Source of the DNA: Flavobacterium sp.
GTDB lineage: Bacteria; Bacteroidota; Bacteroidia; Flavobacteriales; Flavobacteriaceae
Reading direction: 5' to 3'
NCBI GenBank assembly: GCA_036796275.1
Contig: DAIRDG010000009.1
Coordinates: 1,911-65,910, forward strand
Length of the DNA: 64,000 bases
Below the pieces are notes generated by a model that made no database searches, was not told where the DNA came from, and saw only the letters and a program-made list of their open reading frames with translations. Positions 29,801 to 39,687 of the stretch are shown in pieces. The first letter of the stretch is position 1, and every line of letters starts with the position of its first letter. Position numbers and translations under genes: made by a program.

Positions 29801-31383
29801 ACCAAGAGCAAGTGATGTTGCTTTCGCAAAAATTAGCCAATTTCACCAAAGGTGATGCCGATGTTTTAAGAAAAGCAATGGGGAAAAAACAGTCTGATGT
29901 GTTGGCAAAAATGAAATCAAAATTTATAGATAATGCTTCTGCAAAAGGACTAGATGCTATAAAATTAGAAAAAATTTGGAAAGACTGGGAAGCCTTTGCA
30001 CAATATGCTTTTAACAAGTCTCACTCTACTTGCTATGCCTGGATTGGCTACCAAACGGCCTATCTAAAAGCCCATTATCCGGCAGAATATATGGCAGCAG
30101 TGTTGTCTAATAACATGAACGACATCAAGCAAGTTTCGTTTTTTATGGAAGAATGCAGACGCATGGGGCTAAACGTTTTAGGACCAGACGTTAACGAGTC
30201 TTTTTATAAATTTACGGTAAACAAAGACGGGGCCATTCGCTTTGGCATTGGTGCCATCAAAGGCGTAGGAGCAGGTGCCGTAGAAACCATTGTAAACCAT
30301 AGGCAGCAAGGCAAATACTTATCTGTTTTTGATTTAGCCAAACGCATCGACTTGCGAGCTGCCAACAAAAAAGCTTTTGAAAATTTGGCTTTAGCCGGTG
30401 GCTTTGATTGTTTTGAAAATGTGCACAGAGCTCAGTATTTTCAAGAAGAAAATGACGGCATTATTTTTTTAGAAAAGGTAATTAAGTTTGCTGCAAGATA
30501 CCAAGAAAATGAAAACTCCTCGCAAGTAAGTTTGTTTGGCGAAAGCAGCGATATTCAAATTCCCGAACCCAAAATTCCCGATTGTGAAGAATGGTATACC
30601 ATGGAAAAACTAGCCAAAGAAAAAGAAGTGGTGGGTATTTATATTTCTGGGCATCCGCTAGATGATTTTAAATATGAAGTAAAATACTTTTGCAACACCA
30701 AACTAGAAAAATTTAAACAACCCCATTTGTTGTTTAACAGAAACCTTACGTGTGCGGGTATTGTAACCAATGTGCAGCACCGGGTTGCCAAAAATGGCAA
30801 AGGATGGGGCACCTTTGTGCTGGAGGGCTATGACGAAAGTTTTGAATTTAGATTATTTGGTGATGACTACCTCAAGTTTAGACACTACTTAATTAGCAAT
30901 CAATTTGTGTTTTTAAAAGTGCAAGTGCAAGAAGGCTTCACCAACCGAGAAACTGGCAAAGTAAGCGAGCCTAGAATCAACATTAAAGACATCAAGCAAT
31001 TACAAGATGTGTTGGCAGAATTTGGGAAAAAAGTGATAATTCAACTCAATATTTATCAAATAAACGAAACATTAATTCATAAAATTGCCGAAGTGCTAAA
31101 AGCTTATAGAGGTGATATTCCGGTTGAATTTGAATTGCTTGAATTAGAAAAAATACTCAAAACCTACAACATCAAAGTCCCTGAGTTAGTTGAAGAAGAT
31201 AGCGAAGCTTTAGCGTTTGAAGAACTTGAAGAAGAACCACAAAATGAAAATATAACAGAGGTTGAAGAGGAAATAAAGGTGGTAAACAATGTGTCGTTAT
31301 TTAGTAAAAAAGCCAAATTTAGTTTAAGCCATGAGTCATTAGAAGCATTATCAAATCTTAACATCACGTTTCTGGTTGTTTGA
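26869..31383 (+). CDS. dnaE: DNA polymerase III alpha subunit with an N-terminal DnaQ-like 3'-5' exonuclease domain
   Basis: 1504 aa. ExoI FDTETTGL, ExoII GHNVGFDLNVM, ExoIII HNATADVEAT. Then a PHP domain (HLHVHSQFT), the polymerase core (GPGRGSAAGS, PDIDIDF) and an OB fold. Confidence 0.93.
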   Translation: MFLIFDTETTGLPKSFSKPITDTDNWPRCVQIAWQIHDAFGNLIEHQDFLIKPDGFNIPFDAEKIHGISTELAENNGVPIAEVLLAFNKSLQLCTYVVGHNVGFDLNVMGCEFFRHQTTTNLTALPVLDTCTEHTANLLKLPGGKGGKFKLPTLTELYVFLFDETFAEAHNATADVEATSRCFLELLRRELLDKQELSWTAENFRLFVEHNPKVIPLVGLKHLNLKEASEKLKKENASGNTISSEKVSHNSNLLQDTSFCHLHVHSQFTVLQSTISIAQLIKKTSQYGMPAVALTDSGNMMGCFHFVRDVLNYNKDLDKTNQKLIEEGKEPIKPIKPVVGIELNVCEDHTNKTIKDNGYAMVFLAKNKNGYHQLAKMSSIAYTQGFYYVPRIDKKVVAEHKDDIIVLSGALNGEISGKLLNLGEQQAKDALFWWKYEFDEDFYLEINRHNTPEDNFINPTLISWSKEHQVKLVATNNVFYANKEDSAAHDILLCVKEGEKQATPIGKGRGYRFGLPNSEFYFKSPDEMKSLFLDIPEAVFNIQEIINKVEIFDLAREVLLPKFDIPKEFISVEDINDAGKRGENNYLKHLAYIGAQNRYQTIDEDIRERIDFELEIIEKTGYPGYFLIVQDLIAAARNMGVSVGPGRGSAAGSVVAYCLGITNIDPLKYNLLFERFLNPDRVSMPDIDIDFDDEGRSKVMKYVIDKYGQNQVAQIITYGKMATKSAIRDTARVLDLPLFEADKIAKLIPNMMPSKWNLSRFLSENEAEIKKAVRSDDFEKIKELITITQEASLASDTIQQAKVIEGSLRNTGIHACGVIITPDALTKFVPVATAKDSDLFVTQFDNSVVESAGLLKMDFLGLKTLTLIKDSVKLIKYIHGIDLNPDEFSIDDTKTYELFQRGETVGIFQYESAGMQKYLRDLKPTVFADLIAMNALYRPGPLEYIPTFVKRKNGEEAITYDLPDCQEFLEETYGITVYQEQVMLLSQKLANFTKGDADVLRKAMGKKQSDVLAKMKSKFIDNASAKGLDAIKLEKIWKDWEAFAQYAFNKSHSTCYAWIGYQTAYLKAHYPAEYMAAVLSNNMNDIKQVSFFMEECRRMGLNVLGPDVNESFYKFTVNKDGAIRFGIGAIKGVGAGAVETIVNHRQQGKYLSVFDLAKRIDLRAANKKAFENLALAGGFDCFENVHRAQYFQEENDGIIFLEKVIKFAARYQENENSSQVSLFGESSDIQIPEPKIPDCEEWYTMEKLAKEKEVVGIYISGHPLDDFKYEVKYFCNTKLEKFKQPHLLFNRNLTCAGIVTNVQHRVAKNGKGWGTFVLEGYDESFEFRLFGDDYLKFRHYLISNQFVFLKVQVQEGFTNRETGKVSEPRINIKDIKQLQDVLAEFGKKVIIQLNIYQINETLIHKIAEVLKAYRGDIPVEFELLELEKILKTYNIKVPELVEEDSEALAFEELEEEPQNENITEVEEEIKVVNNVSLFSKKAKFSLSHESLEALSNLNITFLVV

Positions 31384-31477
31384 TTTTTTGAAAATGAATT
31401 TAAAAACACGTGTTAAACATTTAAATTTTTATATATTTACAACTTAAACTGTCTTTTTTTTTGCAAAAACATAAAAA

Positions 31478-32473
31478 ATGAATCAAGAACCAAAGTTCTC
31501 AGTAATTGGAGGTGGTAGTTGGGCCACGGCTATTGTAAAAATGCTCTGCGAAAACCAATCAAAAGTAGGTTGGTATATGAGAAACGAATCGGCTATAGAA
31601 CATCTGAAAACAGAACTTCACAATCCTAATTATTTAAGTTCTGTAGAGTTTGATACCAATCAGTTATTGCTTACCTCCAACATCAATGAAGCCGTTGACT
31701 TTGCAGATTATATTGTCTTAGCTGTTCCATCGGCTTTTATAGATAATGAGTTGAATAAACTAGAGATTTCTTTAAAAGATAAAACAATTTTTTCGGCCAT
31801 CAAAGGTATCGTGCCCGAAACCTATCAAATTGTAGGAGAATATTTGCATGACAAATACCAACTTGATTATAACCAAATTGGGGTCATCACGGGGCCGTGC
31901 CATGCCGAGGAAGTAGCCTTGGAACGTTTGTCTTATCTTACCATTGCCTGTTCTGATAAAAACCGAGCCAAAACTTTTGCCAAAAACATCAACTCTAACT
32001 ACATTAAAACAACCATTTCAGACGATATTGTAGGCACAGAATATGCTGCCATGCTCAAAAATATTTATGCCATTGCTGCGGGCATTGCCCACGGCTTGGG
32101 TTATGGTGATAATTTTCAGGCTTTGCTCATGAGTAATGCCATAAGAGAAATGAAAAAATTTATCAGAAAAGTTCATAAAATGAAACGCAACATCAACAAC
32201 TCTGCCTATTTGGGTGACTTGTTGGTTACGGGTTATTCTGTGTTTTCAAGAAACAGAATGTTTGGCAACATGATTGGCAAAGGGTATACCGTAAAAAGTG
32301 CGATGATGGAAATGAGCATGGTGGCAGAGGGTTATTATGCTGTAAAAAGTGCACATATCATCAACCAAAATCTCATGGCCAATGTGCCAATTATTGAGTC
32401 GGTTTATAGCATTTTATACGAAAACAAACAACCCAAAAAAGTGTTTAAGAAATTAACTTCGGAGTTAAATTAA
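31478..32473 (+). CDS. gpsA: NAD(P)H-dependent glycerol-3-phosphate dehydrogenase
   Basis: 331 aa. GGGSWATA Rossmann motif and GPCHAEEVA motif. Confidence 0.92.
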   Translation: MNQEPKFSVIGGGSWATAIVKMLCENQSKVGWYMRNESAIEHLKTELHNPNYLSSVEFDTNQLLLTSNINEAVDFADYIVLAVPSAFIDNELNKLEISLKDKTIFSAIKGIVPETYQIVGEYLHDKYQLDYNQIGVITGPCHAEEVALERLSYLTIACSDKNRAKTFAKNINSNYIKTTISDDIVGTEYAAMLKNIYAIAAGIAHGLGYGDNFQALLMSNAIREMKKFIRKVHKMKRNINNSAYLGDLLVTGYSVFSRNRMFGNMIGKGYTVKSAMMEMSMVAEGYYAVKSAHIINQNLMANVPIIESVYSILYENKQPKKVFKKLTSELN

Positions 32474-32489
32474 GCTAATTTTTGTGTTT

Positions 32490-33212
32490 TTACTCACAAA
32501 CCCACTTAAAGTTTGCGATTTCACTTTGCCTTTCCGGGATAAATTCATAATGCCACCACTCTGAGTAAATTGACTTAAATTGGTGTTTTTCCATGGTGTT
32601 TTTTAGCAACAGTCGGTTGTTTTTTATTTCTTCAGGTAAGTTGGTGTAGGTATGATGGGCTTCTTGTCCAAAAAAATCGAAGGGTGTGCCCATGTCTAAT
32701 TCATTGCCTTGCAGGTCAACCAACGTTAAATCTACAGCGGCTCCTCTGTTGTGTTTAGATCCTTTTTGGGGGTTGGCAACATAATTGGTGCCTGGCATTA
32801 TTTGCCACATTTTTTTTTGAACCTCCAAAGGTCTGTAGCAATCAAAAATCTTAATTTGATAGCCTTGTGCTTTGAGGTCTTGCTGTACTTTGAGTAAGGC
32901 AATGGCTGTTTGCTTTCTTAAATAACAGGCTGGGCAATCATAAACCGCTTGTTTTAAAAAATTATCCTCCGTGGCATATTTGATGTCATAAATAAATTCG
33001 TCTGAAAGGTCCTCTAAATTATAAAAATCTGTATTAATGTTTAATGCTAATGGTAAACTCTTGTAAGTAGAATCTACTACTTGTTTTGAGAGCGTATCTT
33101 GCTTGGTAATTTCTTGTGGTAACTTTTGGATATCGTCTAGTATAATTTGTGCAGGATCATTTTTGCATTGAACAAATAACATAAAACTAAATACAACAGC
33201 TAGACTTTTCAT
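32490..33212 (-). CDS. M15 family D-alanyl-D-alanine dipeptidase (VanX/DdpX-like), secreted
   Basis: 240 aa. SKHNRGAAVDLTL (SxHxxGxAxD) and EWWHYE motifs. Confidence 0.8.
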   Translation of the reverse strand: MKSLAVVFSFMLFVQCKNDPAQIILDDIQKLPQEITKQDTLSKQVVDSTYKSLPLALNINTDFYNLEDLSDEFIYDIKYATEDNFLKQAVYDCPACYLRKQTAIALLKVQQDLKAQGYQIKIFDCYRPLEVQKKMWQIMPGTNYVANPQKGSKHNRGAAVDLTLVDLQGNELDMGTPFDFFGQEAHHTYTNLPEEIKNNRLLLKNTMEKHQFKSIYSEWWHYEFIPERQSEIANFKWVCE

Positions 33213-33213
33213 C

Positions 33214-34110
33214 TTAATCTTGAACTATAAATTCTTTGGGATCTTCTTTTTGAAATTCTGGCTGAATATTAACATGGTTGATGCCAAAATCATTATACAG
33301 CACTTCTTCTATTTCATGCAATAATACATTAAACTCGCTCATGCTGATATTGTCCGAACAATCTAAATGAGCCTCTAAATGTAGTTCGTCTTCACTCAAT
33401 AACCACACATGAATGTGATGTAATTTGGCAACGCCTTTAATTTGATGCACTGCTTTCACAATTTGTTTTATGTCTATGTTTTCTGGGGTAAATAACATCA
33501 ATATTTTAAATGACTTTAAGAGTAAGTCTTTGCTGATATATATCAAGTAAAGGGCAATAAGCAAAGTTAGCAAACTGTCTATCCAGAGAGCATCATAAAA
33601 AAACATAACAATTCCTCCTATCAAGATGGCTACTGAACCTAGCATGTCTGAAAACAAATGAAAATAGGCTGATTTGATGTTTAAGCTATGCTGAGCGTCT
33701 TTTTTTAACAACAACACACTTAAGCCATTAATAACAATACCCAGAAGAGCCAACCAAATAACAATACTAGCTTCTACTTCTTCCGGATATATAAATTTTT
33801 TAATTGCTTCTACTATTAAAAATAAAGCTAAAATAATTAAGCTTAACGCATTGAGAAATGCCGCCATGATTTCAGATCTTTTGTAGCCAAACGTTTGTGC
33901 TGGGGAGGCTTTTTTCTTGGCAATTTTGTGGGCAAATAAGCTAATAAATAATGTTATAACATCCGAAAAATTATGCACTGCATCGGTAATTAAAGCTAAA
34001 CTACCCGAAATTATACCCCCAACAACTTGAATAATGGTGATTAGAACATTGAGGATAATGGTGAATCCTAAGTTTTTAGTGTTAATGTTGTGTTTTTGAA
34101 TGTTGCTCAT
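33214..34110 (-). CDS. Cation diffusion facilitator family transporter
   Basis: 298 aa, six TM helices. Contains SLALITDAVHNFSD and HLFSDMLGS metal-site motifs and a C-terminal cytoplasmic domain. Confidence 0.88.
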   Translation of the reverse strand: MSNIQKHNINTKNLGFTIILNVLITIIQVVGGIISGSLALITDAVHNFSDVITLFISLFAHKIAKKKASPAQTFGYKRSEIMAAFLNALSLIILALFLIVEAIKKFIYPEEVEASIVIWLALLGIVINGLSVLLLKKDAQHSLNIKSAYFHLFSDMLGSVAILIGGIVMFFYDALWIDSLLTLLIALYLIYISKDLLLKSFKILMLFTPENIDIKQIVKAVHQIKGVAKLHHIHVWLLSEDELHLEAHLDCSDNISMSEFNVLLHEIEEVLYNDFGINHVNIQPEFQKEDPKEFIVQD

Positions 34111-34460
34111 TGATTAAAAAATTCCTCTATTTTCTGGATATTTTTAGGACTATTGCCCACAAAAATAGTCTCATCATATATAATAACCGGTCGGCTCAAA
34201 AAGGTATAATGTTCTAAAATATATTGTTTAAAATCCGCTTCCTTTAGGTCAAAATCCTTTAGGTCCATGGCTTTGTATAACTTTGATTTTTTGCTAAACA
34301 ACACTTCATACGATTGTGTTCTTTGATACATTTGAGCCAAATCTGATGCTTGTATGGGGGTTTGTTTGATGTCTATGAGTGTAAAGGTTTTTAAATTTGG
34401 AATCCCTTTGAGGATGCGTTTGCAGGTATCACACGTTTTTAGATAATAGATAACTTTCAT
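34107..34460 (-). CDS. ArsC/Spx family protein (arsenate reductase-like)
   Basis: 117 aa. N-terminal YYLKTCDTCKR, with ArsC-family size and pattern. Confidence 0.72.
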   Translation of the reverse strand: MKVIYYLKTCDTCKRILKGIPNLKTFTLIDIKQTPIQASDLAQMYQRTQSYEVLFSKKSKLYKAMDLKDFDLKEADFKQYILEHYTFLSRPVIIYDETIFVGNSPKNIQKIEEFFNQ

Positions 34461-34521
34461 TTGTTTTGTTGTATCAAGAAATTTATATGACTTTTATCAT
34501 TTGTAAAAGTAACACATAAAC

Positions 34522-34529
34522 TACCTTTG
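34522..34529 (+). promoter_or_regulatory. -7 promoter box TACCTTTG
   Basis: Matches TAnnTTTG, 15 nt upstream of the ATG at 34544. Confidence 0.4.
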
Positions 34530-34543
34530 TAAAAATTTGTGCT

Positions 34544-34921
34544 ATGAAAATTATTAGTTTTATTTTGTTGATTGTTTTTTTAGTCTCTTGTCAAGGTAAA
34601 CAAGATGATTTTAGCAAACCTACTGAAGAAAAAAAATCTTCAGAAATCGATTATGTGGCCCAAGGTAAAATAATTTTTGAAGGCGTGGGCAACTGCACCG
34701 CTTGTCACTTGGCCGATCAAAAAGTAATAGGGCCAAGTCTTGTAGATATTGCCAAGGCCTACAAAGTGTCTGGAGCCAATATGATTGAGTTTTTGAAAGG
34801 CAACAGCGAGCCCATCATGGATTTAGGGAATTATGAAATCATGAAAATAAACCTAGAAATCACCAAAAAAATGAATGCTGAAGAACTCAAAAGCCTCGAA
34901 GCATATTTGTTGAGTTATTAA
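34544..34921 (+). CDS. c-type cytochrome lipoprotein
   Basis: 125 aa. Lipobox LVSC and haem-binding CTACH (CxxCH). Confidence 0.72.
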   Translation: MKIISFILLIVFLVSCQGKQDDFSKPTEEKKSSEIDYVAQGKIIFEGVGNCTACHLADQKVIGPSLVDIAKAYKVSGANMIEFLKGNSEPIMDLGNYEIMKINLEITKKMNAEELKSLEAYLLSY

Positions 34922-34930
34922 TTTTGGTTC

Positions 34931-36205
34931 TTACATCAAATCTTGTCCTAAATCTTTTCTGTAATACATTCCTTCAAATGAAATTTGTTGAATGGTTTCA
35001 TACGATTTGTTTTTAGCCTCTGCAATGCTATTCCCAAAAGATGTTATGGCCAATACTCTGCCACCATTGGTTAATACTTTATTGTCTTCGGTTTTGGTAC
35101 CAGCATGAAAAATGATGCTTTCGTTTGGATGATTTAATCCTAAAATCTCTTTGCCTTTTTGATAATCTTCTGGGTATCCTCCGGAAACCAAAACAACAGT
35201 AGTGGCTGTTTTATCTGATACGTCTAAAGTTTGCTGCTCTAAGGTTTGGTCTTTTAATGCATACAACAAATCAACCAAATCAGACTTAATTCTGGGCAAC
35301 ACCACCTCGGTTTCGGGATCTCCCATTCTAACGTTATATTCTATCACATAAGGGTTGTTGTTTACTTTTATCAATCCTATAAAAATAAAACCTCGGTATA
35401 CTATATTGGCTTCGTTTAATCCTTTAATAGTAGGTTTCACGATGTCTTCTTCTATTTTTTTCATGAACACATCATCGGCAAATGGTACTGGCGATACGGC
35501 CCCCATGCCACCTGTATTGAGTCCTGTGTCGCCCTCGCCTATGCGTTTGTAATCTTTGGCAGTGGGTAAAATTTTATATGATTTTCCGTCTGTTAGCACA
35601 AAACAACTCAATTCTATGCCATCTAAAAATTCTTCAATCACTACTTTTTGGCTAGCTTCCCCAAATTTGGCTTCCACCAACATATTTCGTAGTTCAGCTT
35701 TGGCTTCTTCTAAGTTTTTTATAATCAACACCCCTTTGCCAGCGGCCAAACCATCGGCCTTTAACACATAGGGCGGTTTCAAAGTCTCTAAAAAAGCATA
35801 TCCCTCATAAAGGTTCTTTGCCGTAAAGGTTTGGTATTGCCCTGTTGGGATGTTGTTTTTGATTAAAAATTGCTTCGCAAAATCTTTACTGCCTTCCAAA
35901 GCTGCTCCTTGTTTGGAAGGACCTACCACCAAAACATCTTGTAAATCGGTGTGTTGCTGAAAATAATCATAAATACCAGCTACCAATGGATCTTCTGGGC
36001 CAACAACAACCATGTGAATTTGATTATTTAGCACAAACTCATAAATTTTTGTAAAATCGTTTACTGAAATGTTGATGTTTTGGGCCACTAGACTCGTGCC
36101 AGCATTGCCAGGAGCCACATAAAGTTTTTCACATTTTTGGCTATTAGCAATCGAATGTGCAAAGGCATGTTCTCTGCCTCCTGAGCCTAAAATTAAAATG
36201 TTCAT
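34931..36205 (-). CDS. purD: Phosphoribosylamine--glycine ligase
   Basis: 424 aa. MNILILGSGGREHA start and ATP-grasp motifs (ADGLAAGKGV, NVRMGDPE). Confidence 0.95.
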   Translation of the reverse strand: MNILILGSGGREHAFAHSIANSQKCEKLYVAPGNAGTSLVAQNINISVNDFTKIYEFVLNNQIHMVVVGPEDPLVAGIYDYFQQHTDLQDVLVVGPSKQGAALEGSKDFAKQFLIKNNIPTGQYQTFTAKNLYEGYAFLETLKPPYVLKADGLAAGKGVLIIKNLEEAKAELRNMLVEAKFGEASQKVVIEEFLDGIELSCFVLTDGKSYKILPTAKDYKRIGEGDTGLNTGGMGAVSPVPFADDVFMKKIEEDIVKPTIKGLNEANIVYRGFIFIGLIKVNNNPYVIEYNVRMGDPETEVVLPRIKSDLVDLLYALKDQTLEQQTLDVSDKTATTVVLVSGGYPEDYQKGKEILGLNHPNESIIFHAGTKTEDNKVLTNGGRVLAITSFGNSIAEAKNKSYETIQQISFEGMYYRKDLGQDLM

Positions 36206-36238
36206 GATGATATTTTTTTGGTGGTGTAAATATAATCA

Positions 36239-37567
36239 ATGAAATATAGATATCTTTGGGTTATGATTAATTTGTTTGATTTTTCACTTCAATTAAAAGG
36301 TTTCCCCATAACGTTGGCTCAAAACAAAATAGCTAATATTCAGGATTATTCGCTTGCTGAAAAAGAAGTTTTTATAGAAAATCAAAAACAGGCCATCTTA
36401 GATTTTCATCTTAAAAACAACCCCTTTTATCAGAAAATGGTGACCAAAAAACCTGAACACTGGCATCAATTACCAATTATGACAAAAGCTTGTTTGCAAC
36501 AACCCCTCAAAGATAGGTTAAGCAACGGCTACAAAACAAATCAAGTTTACCGCAACAAAACGTCAGGGTCTTGCGGTCACCCTTTTATATTTGCTATTGA
36601 TAAACCTGCTCATGCCATCACTTGGGCTAATACGCAACGCTTGTTTGGGCAGTATGGTATAGATTTTAACTACGCGTTGCAAGCAAGGTTTTATGGTATG
36701 CCCTTAGATTTTTTTGGACGTTTGAAAGAACAATTAAAAGATTTTTTGAGTCACAGAAAACGCTTTGTAGTGTTTGATTTATCTGATGATGTTTTAGAAA
36801 AATATCTAAATCGATTTTATAATCATCCCTTTAAATACCTCAATGGTTATGCCTCTGCCGTGTTGGTTTTTGCTAAATTTTTAAATCAAAAAAACAAAGT
36901 GCTAAAAACCATTTGCCCCTCGCTTAAAGTGGTTATTTGCACGTCTGAAATGTTGTTTGAAGACGATAAAATACTCATGCAAAATGCCTTTGGTGTCCCG
37001 GTGGTTAATGAATATGGTGCTTCAGAATTGGGCATCATTGCTTTTGAAAACCCCCAAGGGTTATGGGAGGTAAACCAACAAACCCTTTTTTTGGAGGTGG
37101 TTGATGATAGCGGTAATCCTTTGCCATTAGGCAAACAAGGCCGGCTATTGGCAACGGCTCTATTCAATAAAGCACATCCTTTTATCCGTTATGAAATTGG
37201 AGATTCGGGTAGTCTTGATTATAAAAATAACACCTTAGTATTGCAAACGCTTTTGGGCAGAAATGATGATTGGTGTGAATTGCCAAGCGGTAAAAAAATT
37301 CCGGGGCTAACGTTTTATTACATTACCAAAGGTTTTATTGATGAGCAATTAGCCGTAAGAGAATTTGTGGTGTTTCAAACAGGGGCTTCTAAATTTTTAA
37401 TTGAATATGTGTGTCGAGAACACCTTTTACCTAAAAAAGTTGAAAAAATTCAGCAATTATTTGATTTATATCTTGAAAAAGGACTTGAGATTTCGATTAA
37501 AAAAGTTGATTGTATAAAAAGAGATGCCTCGGGTAAGTTAAAACAATTTGTAAATTTATATAGGTAG
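36239..37567 (+). CDS. Phenylacetate-CoA ligase / coenzyme F390 synthetase-like adenylate-forming enzyme (CapK-like)
   Basis: 442 aa. TSGSCGHPF (the TSGS/TxG adenylation motif) and YEIGD near the C-terminus. The start may instead be the ATG at 36263 (MINLFDF). Confidence 0.65.
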   Translation: MKYRYLWVMINLFDFSLQLKGFPITLAQNKIANIQDYSLAEKEVFIENQKQAILDFHLKNNPFYQKMVTKKPEHWHQLPIMTKACLQQPLKDRLSNGYKTNQVYRNKTSGSCGHPFIFAIDKPAHAITWANTQRLFGQYGIDFNYALQARFYGMPLDFFGRLKEQLKDFLSHRKRFVVFDLSDDVLEKYLNRFYNHPFKYLNGYASAVLVFAKFLNQKNKVLKTICPSLKVVICTSEMLFEDDKILMQNAFGVPVVNEYGASELGIIAFENPQGLWEVNQQTLFLEVVDDSGNPLPLGKQGRLLATALFNKAHPFIRYEIGDSGSLDYKNNTLVLQTLLGRNDDWCELPSGKKIPGLTFYYITKGFIDEQLAVREFVVFQTGASKFLIEYVCREHLLPKKVEKIQQLFDLYLEKGLEISIKKVDCIKRDASGKLKQFVNLYR

Positions 37568-37578
37568 AGAGAGAAAAT

Positions 37579-38331
37579 TTAATTTTTGTATTTTAAATAG
37601 CCTCTAATCATCCAGTGGGTCATATAATAAACCGACCCAAAAAAGCCTAGTTTTTCAATATTGTAATAATAATTCCATTGTGATGACAATAGGCCTAATT
37701 TATTTCTCGACAAAGATTCTTGCCTGATTCTATAAATAGCCAGCGGTTCTTGAATGCCATAAGCGTAGGGGATTTCTTTTAAGTATTGCAACCACAAGCC
37801 CATGTCTTGCCTTTTTCTTACGTTGGGCATTTGTTTTTTGCCCAGTTTTTTAAGATCTATAAAAGCTGTTAGACAACTGATAGAATTTGTTTTTAGGATG
37901 TCTAAATAAGTTACTGTTTTGGGCACAATAAAATCTGACAACAAGGGGTTCAGGTTTTCATCTTTTCTAAAATAAGAGGCAAATACAAATGGTATTTTTG
38001 TTTGCTCAATGGTGCTTACAGCGGTTTCTATAAAGTGAGGTAACCAAAGATCGTCTGCGTCTATAAAAGTTAGGTAATCTCCTTTTGCTGCCAGTATCCC
38101 AAGGTTTCTTGCTGCCGCAGAGCCTTGGTTTTTAGTTAATTTTAATAGTGTAAATTTTTGATTATTTTGTATGATGGCTTCTATAACTTGCACAGAATCA
38201 TCTGAGGAGGCATCGTCTATCATGATCATTTCCCAATGTTGGTAGGTTTGATTTAAAACAGCATCAATGGTTGCCTCAATGTATTTTTGGGCATTAAAAA
38301 CCGGTGTAATGATAGATACTAACCCTTGCAT
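37579..38331 (-). CDS. Glycosyltransferase family 2
   Basis: 250 aa. VSIITPVFNAQKYI, DDASSD and DADD motifs. Confidence 0.85.
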   Translation of the reverse strand: MQGLVSIITPVFNAQKYIEATIDAVLNQTYQHWEMIMIDDASSDDSVQVIEAIIQNNQKFTLLKLTKNQGSAAARNLGILAAKGDYLTFIDADDLWLPHFIETAVSTIEQTKIPFVFASYFRKDENLNPLLSDFIVPKTVTYLDILKTNSISCLTAFIDLKKLGKKQMPNVRKRQDMGLWLQYLKEIPYAYGIQEPLAIYRIRQESLSRNKLGLLSSQWNYYYNIEKLGFFGSVYYMTHWMIRGYLKYKN

Positions 38332-39683
38332 TAGTATGCCTTTTCTTCCCCTTTAAAGATGTTGATGATGGTTTGAAAAATAATTTTAAAATCAAGTAAA
38401 AAAGACCAATTTTCTATGTAGAAAATGTCGTATTTCACCCGGCCTTTAATATCAGATTCAGATTCTACTTCGCCTCTAAAGCCTTTTACCTGAGCCAAAC
38501 CTGTGATGCCAGGTTTGATGAGGTGTCTTACCATAAATTTATTTATTTTTTCGGCAAATCTTTCGGTTTCTTTCACCATGTGAGGTCTTGGCCCAACAAC
38601 CGACATTTCTCCTTTTAGCACATTGATAAATTGTGGTAATTCATCTAAACTGGTTTTTCTAAGAAATTTGCCTATTTTGGTAATTCTTGGGTCATTTTTT
38701 TCTACTTGTTTGGTGTTTGAATCTTTGTTAATGTGCATCGATCTAAACTTATAGCAATTAAACTCCTTGATGTTGAGTCCGTTTCTTATTTGTTTAAAAA
38801 ACACCGGGCCTTTAGATTCTATTTTTATTAAAATTGCTATGATTGGAAACAACCATAAAAAAATTGTGATGAGAATAAACAACGAAAAAGTAAAATCAAA
38901 AAAACGTTTTAATCTTTTGTTAACTTCGATATCGAGTGGGATTTTCCTCAGGCTGATAATCGGTATATAATCATAATACTCTACTGCTAAGTTTCTGTAA
39001 AAAACACTGTCTTGATCGGGTATTAATTTAATGTTGATGAGGTTGTTGTCTGAAAAATTAATTAAATCATCAATCTCACGGTGTCTTAGTGATATAACAG
39101 AACCATAAATTTCATCTATTTTGTTATCTAAAATAAACTGTTTGGCTTCAGATATTTCTGATTTTTTATTTCCCTTAAGATAAAATATTTTTTTGAGGTC
39201 ATAGCCATAATCAATGTTATTATTAAAAAAACCAGACAACTCATCAACGCTTTTGCCTTGACCTAAAATAACTACATTTCTGATGTTACCGCCATAAATG
39301 ATTCTGTATTTTTTGAGCAAATAAAAAATAGAAAACTTTATGAAGCCAATTGTTATGGCTACATAAAGTAAAAAATAAAGCAGTTCTTGAGAGGTTACAT
39401 ATTTGTATTTAAAACCAACATAAGCAAAGGTTATAAGCCCAATAAGGGACACTTGTTTGATGATTTTCCAAAAAATTTGAAATGTTTTGGTAAACCTATA
39501 CACTTCGTAATAACCCCCATAGTAAGCAAAAATTAACCAAAATGTATTTAACAACACATGGTAGCCAAAATTACTCATAGAGGCTCTTAGAAAAAACACC
39601 ACAAAAACATTGAGCACAATTAAATCTAAAAAGATTTGAATTGTTCTGATATATTTTGAGTATCTTCCTGTTTGGTGTTGCAT
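38331..39683 (-). CDS. Polyprenyl-phosphate hexose-1-phosphate transferase (WcaJ/WbaP-like initiating sugar transferase)
   Basis: 450 aa. N-terminal TM helices plus a C-terminal Bac_transf domain (GPVFFKQIRNG, DELPQFINVLKGEMSVVGPRP). Confidence 0.85.
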   Translation of the reverse strand: MQHQTGRYSKYIRTIQIFLDLIVLNVFVVFFLRASMSNFGYHVLLNTFWLIFAYYGGYYEVYRFTKTFQIFWKIIKQVSLIGLITFAYVGFKYKYVTSQELLYFLLYVAITIGFIKFSIFYLLKKYRIIYGGNIRNVVILGQGKSVDELSGFFNNNIDYGYDLKKIFYLKGNKKSEISEAKQFILDNKIDEIYGSVISLRHREIDDLINFSDNNLINIKLIPDQDSVFYRNLAVEYYDYIPIISLRKIPLDIEVNKRLKRFFDFTFSLFILITIFLWLFPIIAILIKIESKGPVFFKQIRNGLNIKEFNCYKFRSMHINKDSNTKQVEKNDPRITKIGKFLRKTSLDELPQFINVLKGEMSVVGPRPHMVKETERFAEKINKFMVRHLIKPGITGLAQVKGFRGEVESESDIKGRVKYDIFYIENWSFLLDFKIIFQTIINIFKGEEKAY

Positions 39684-39687
39684 GCTG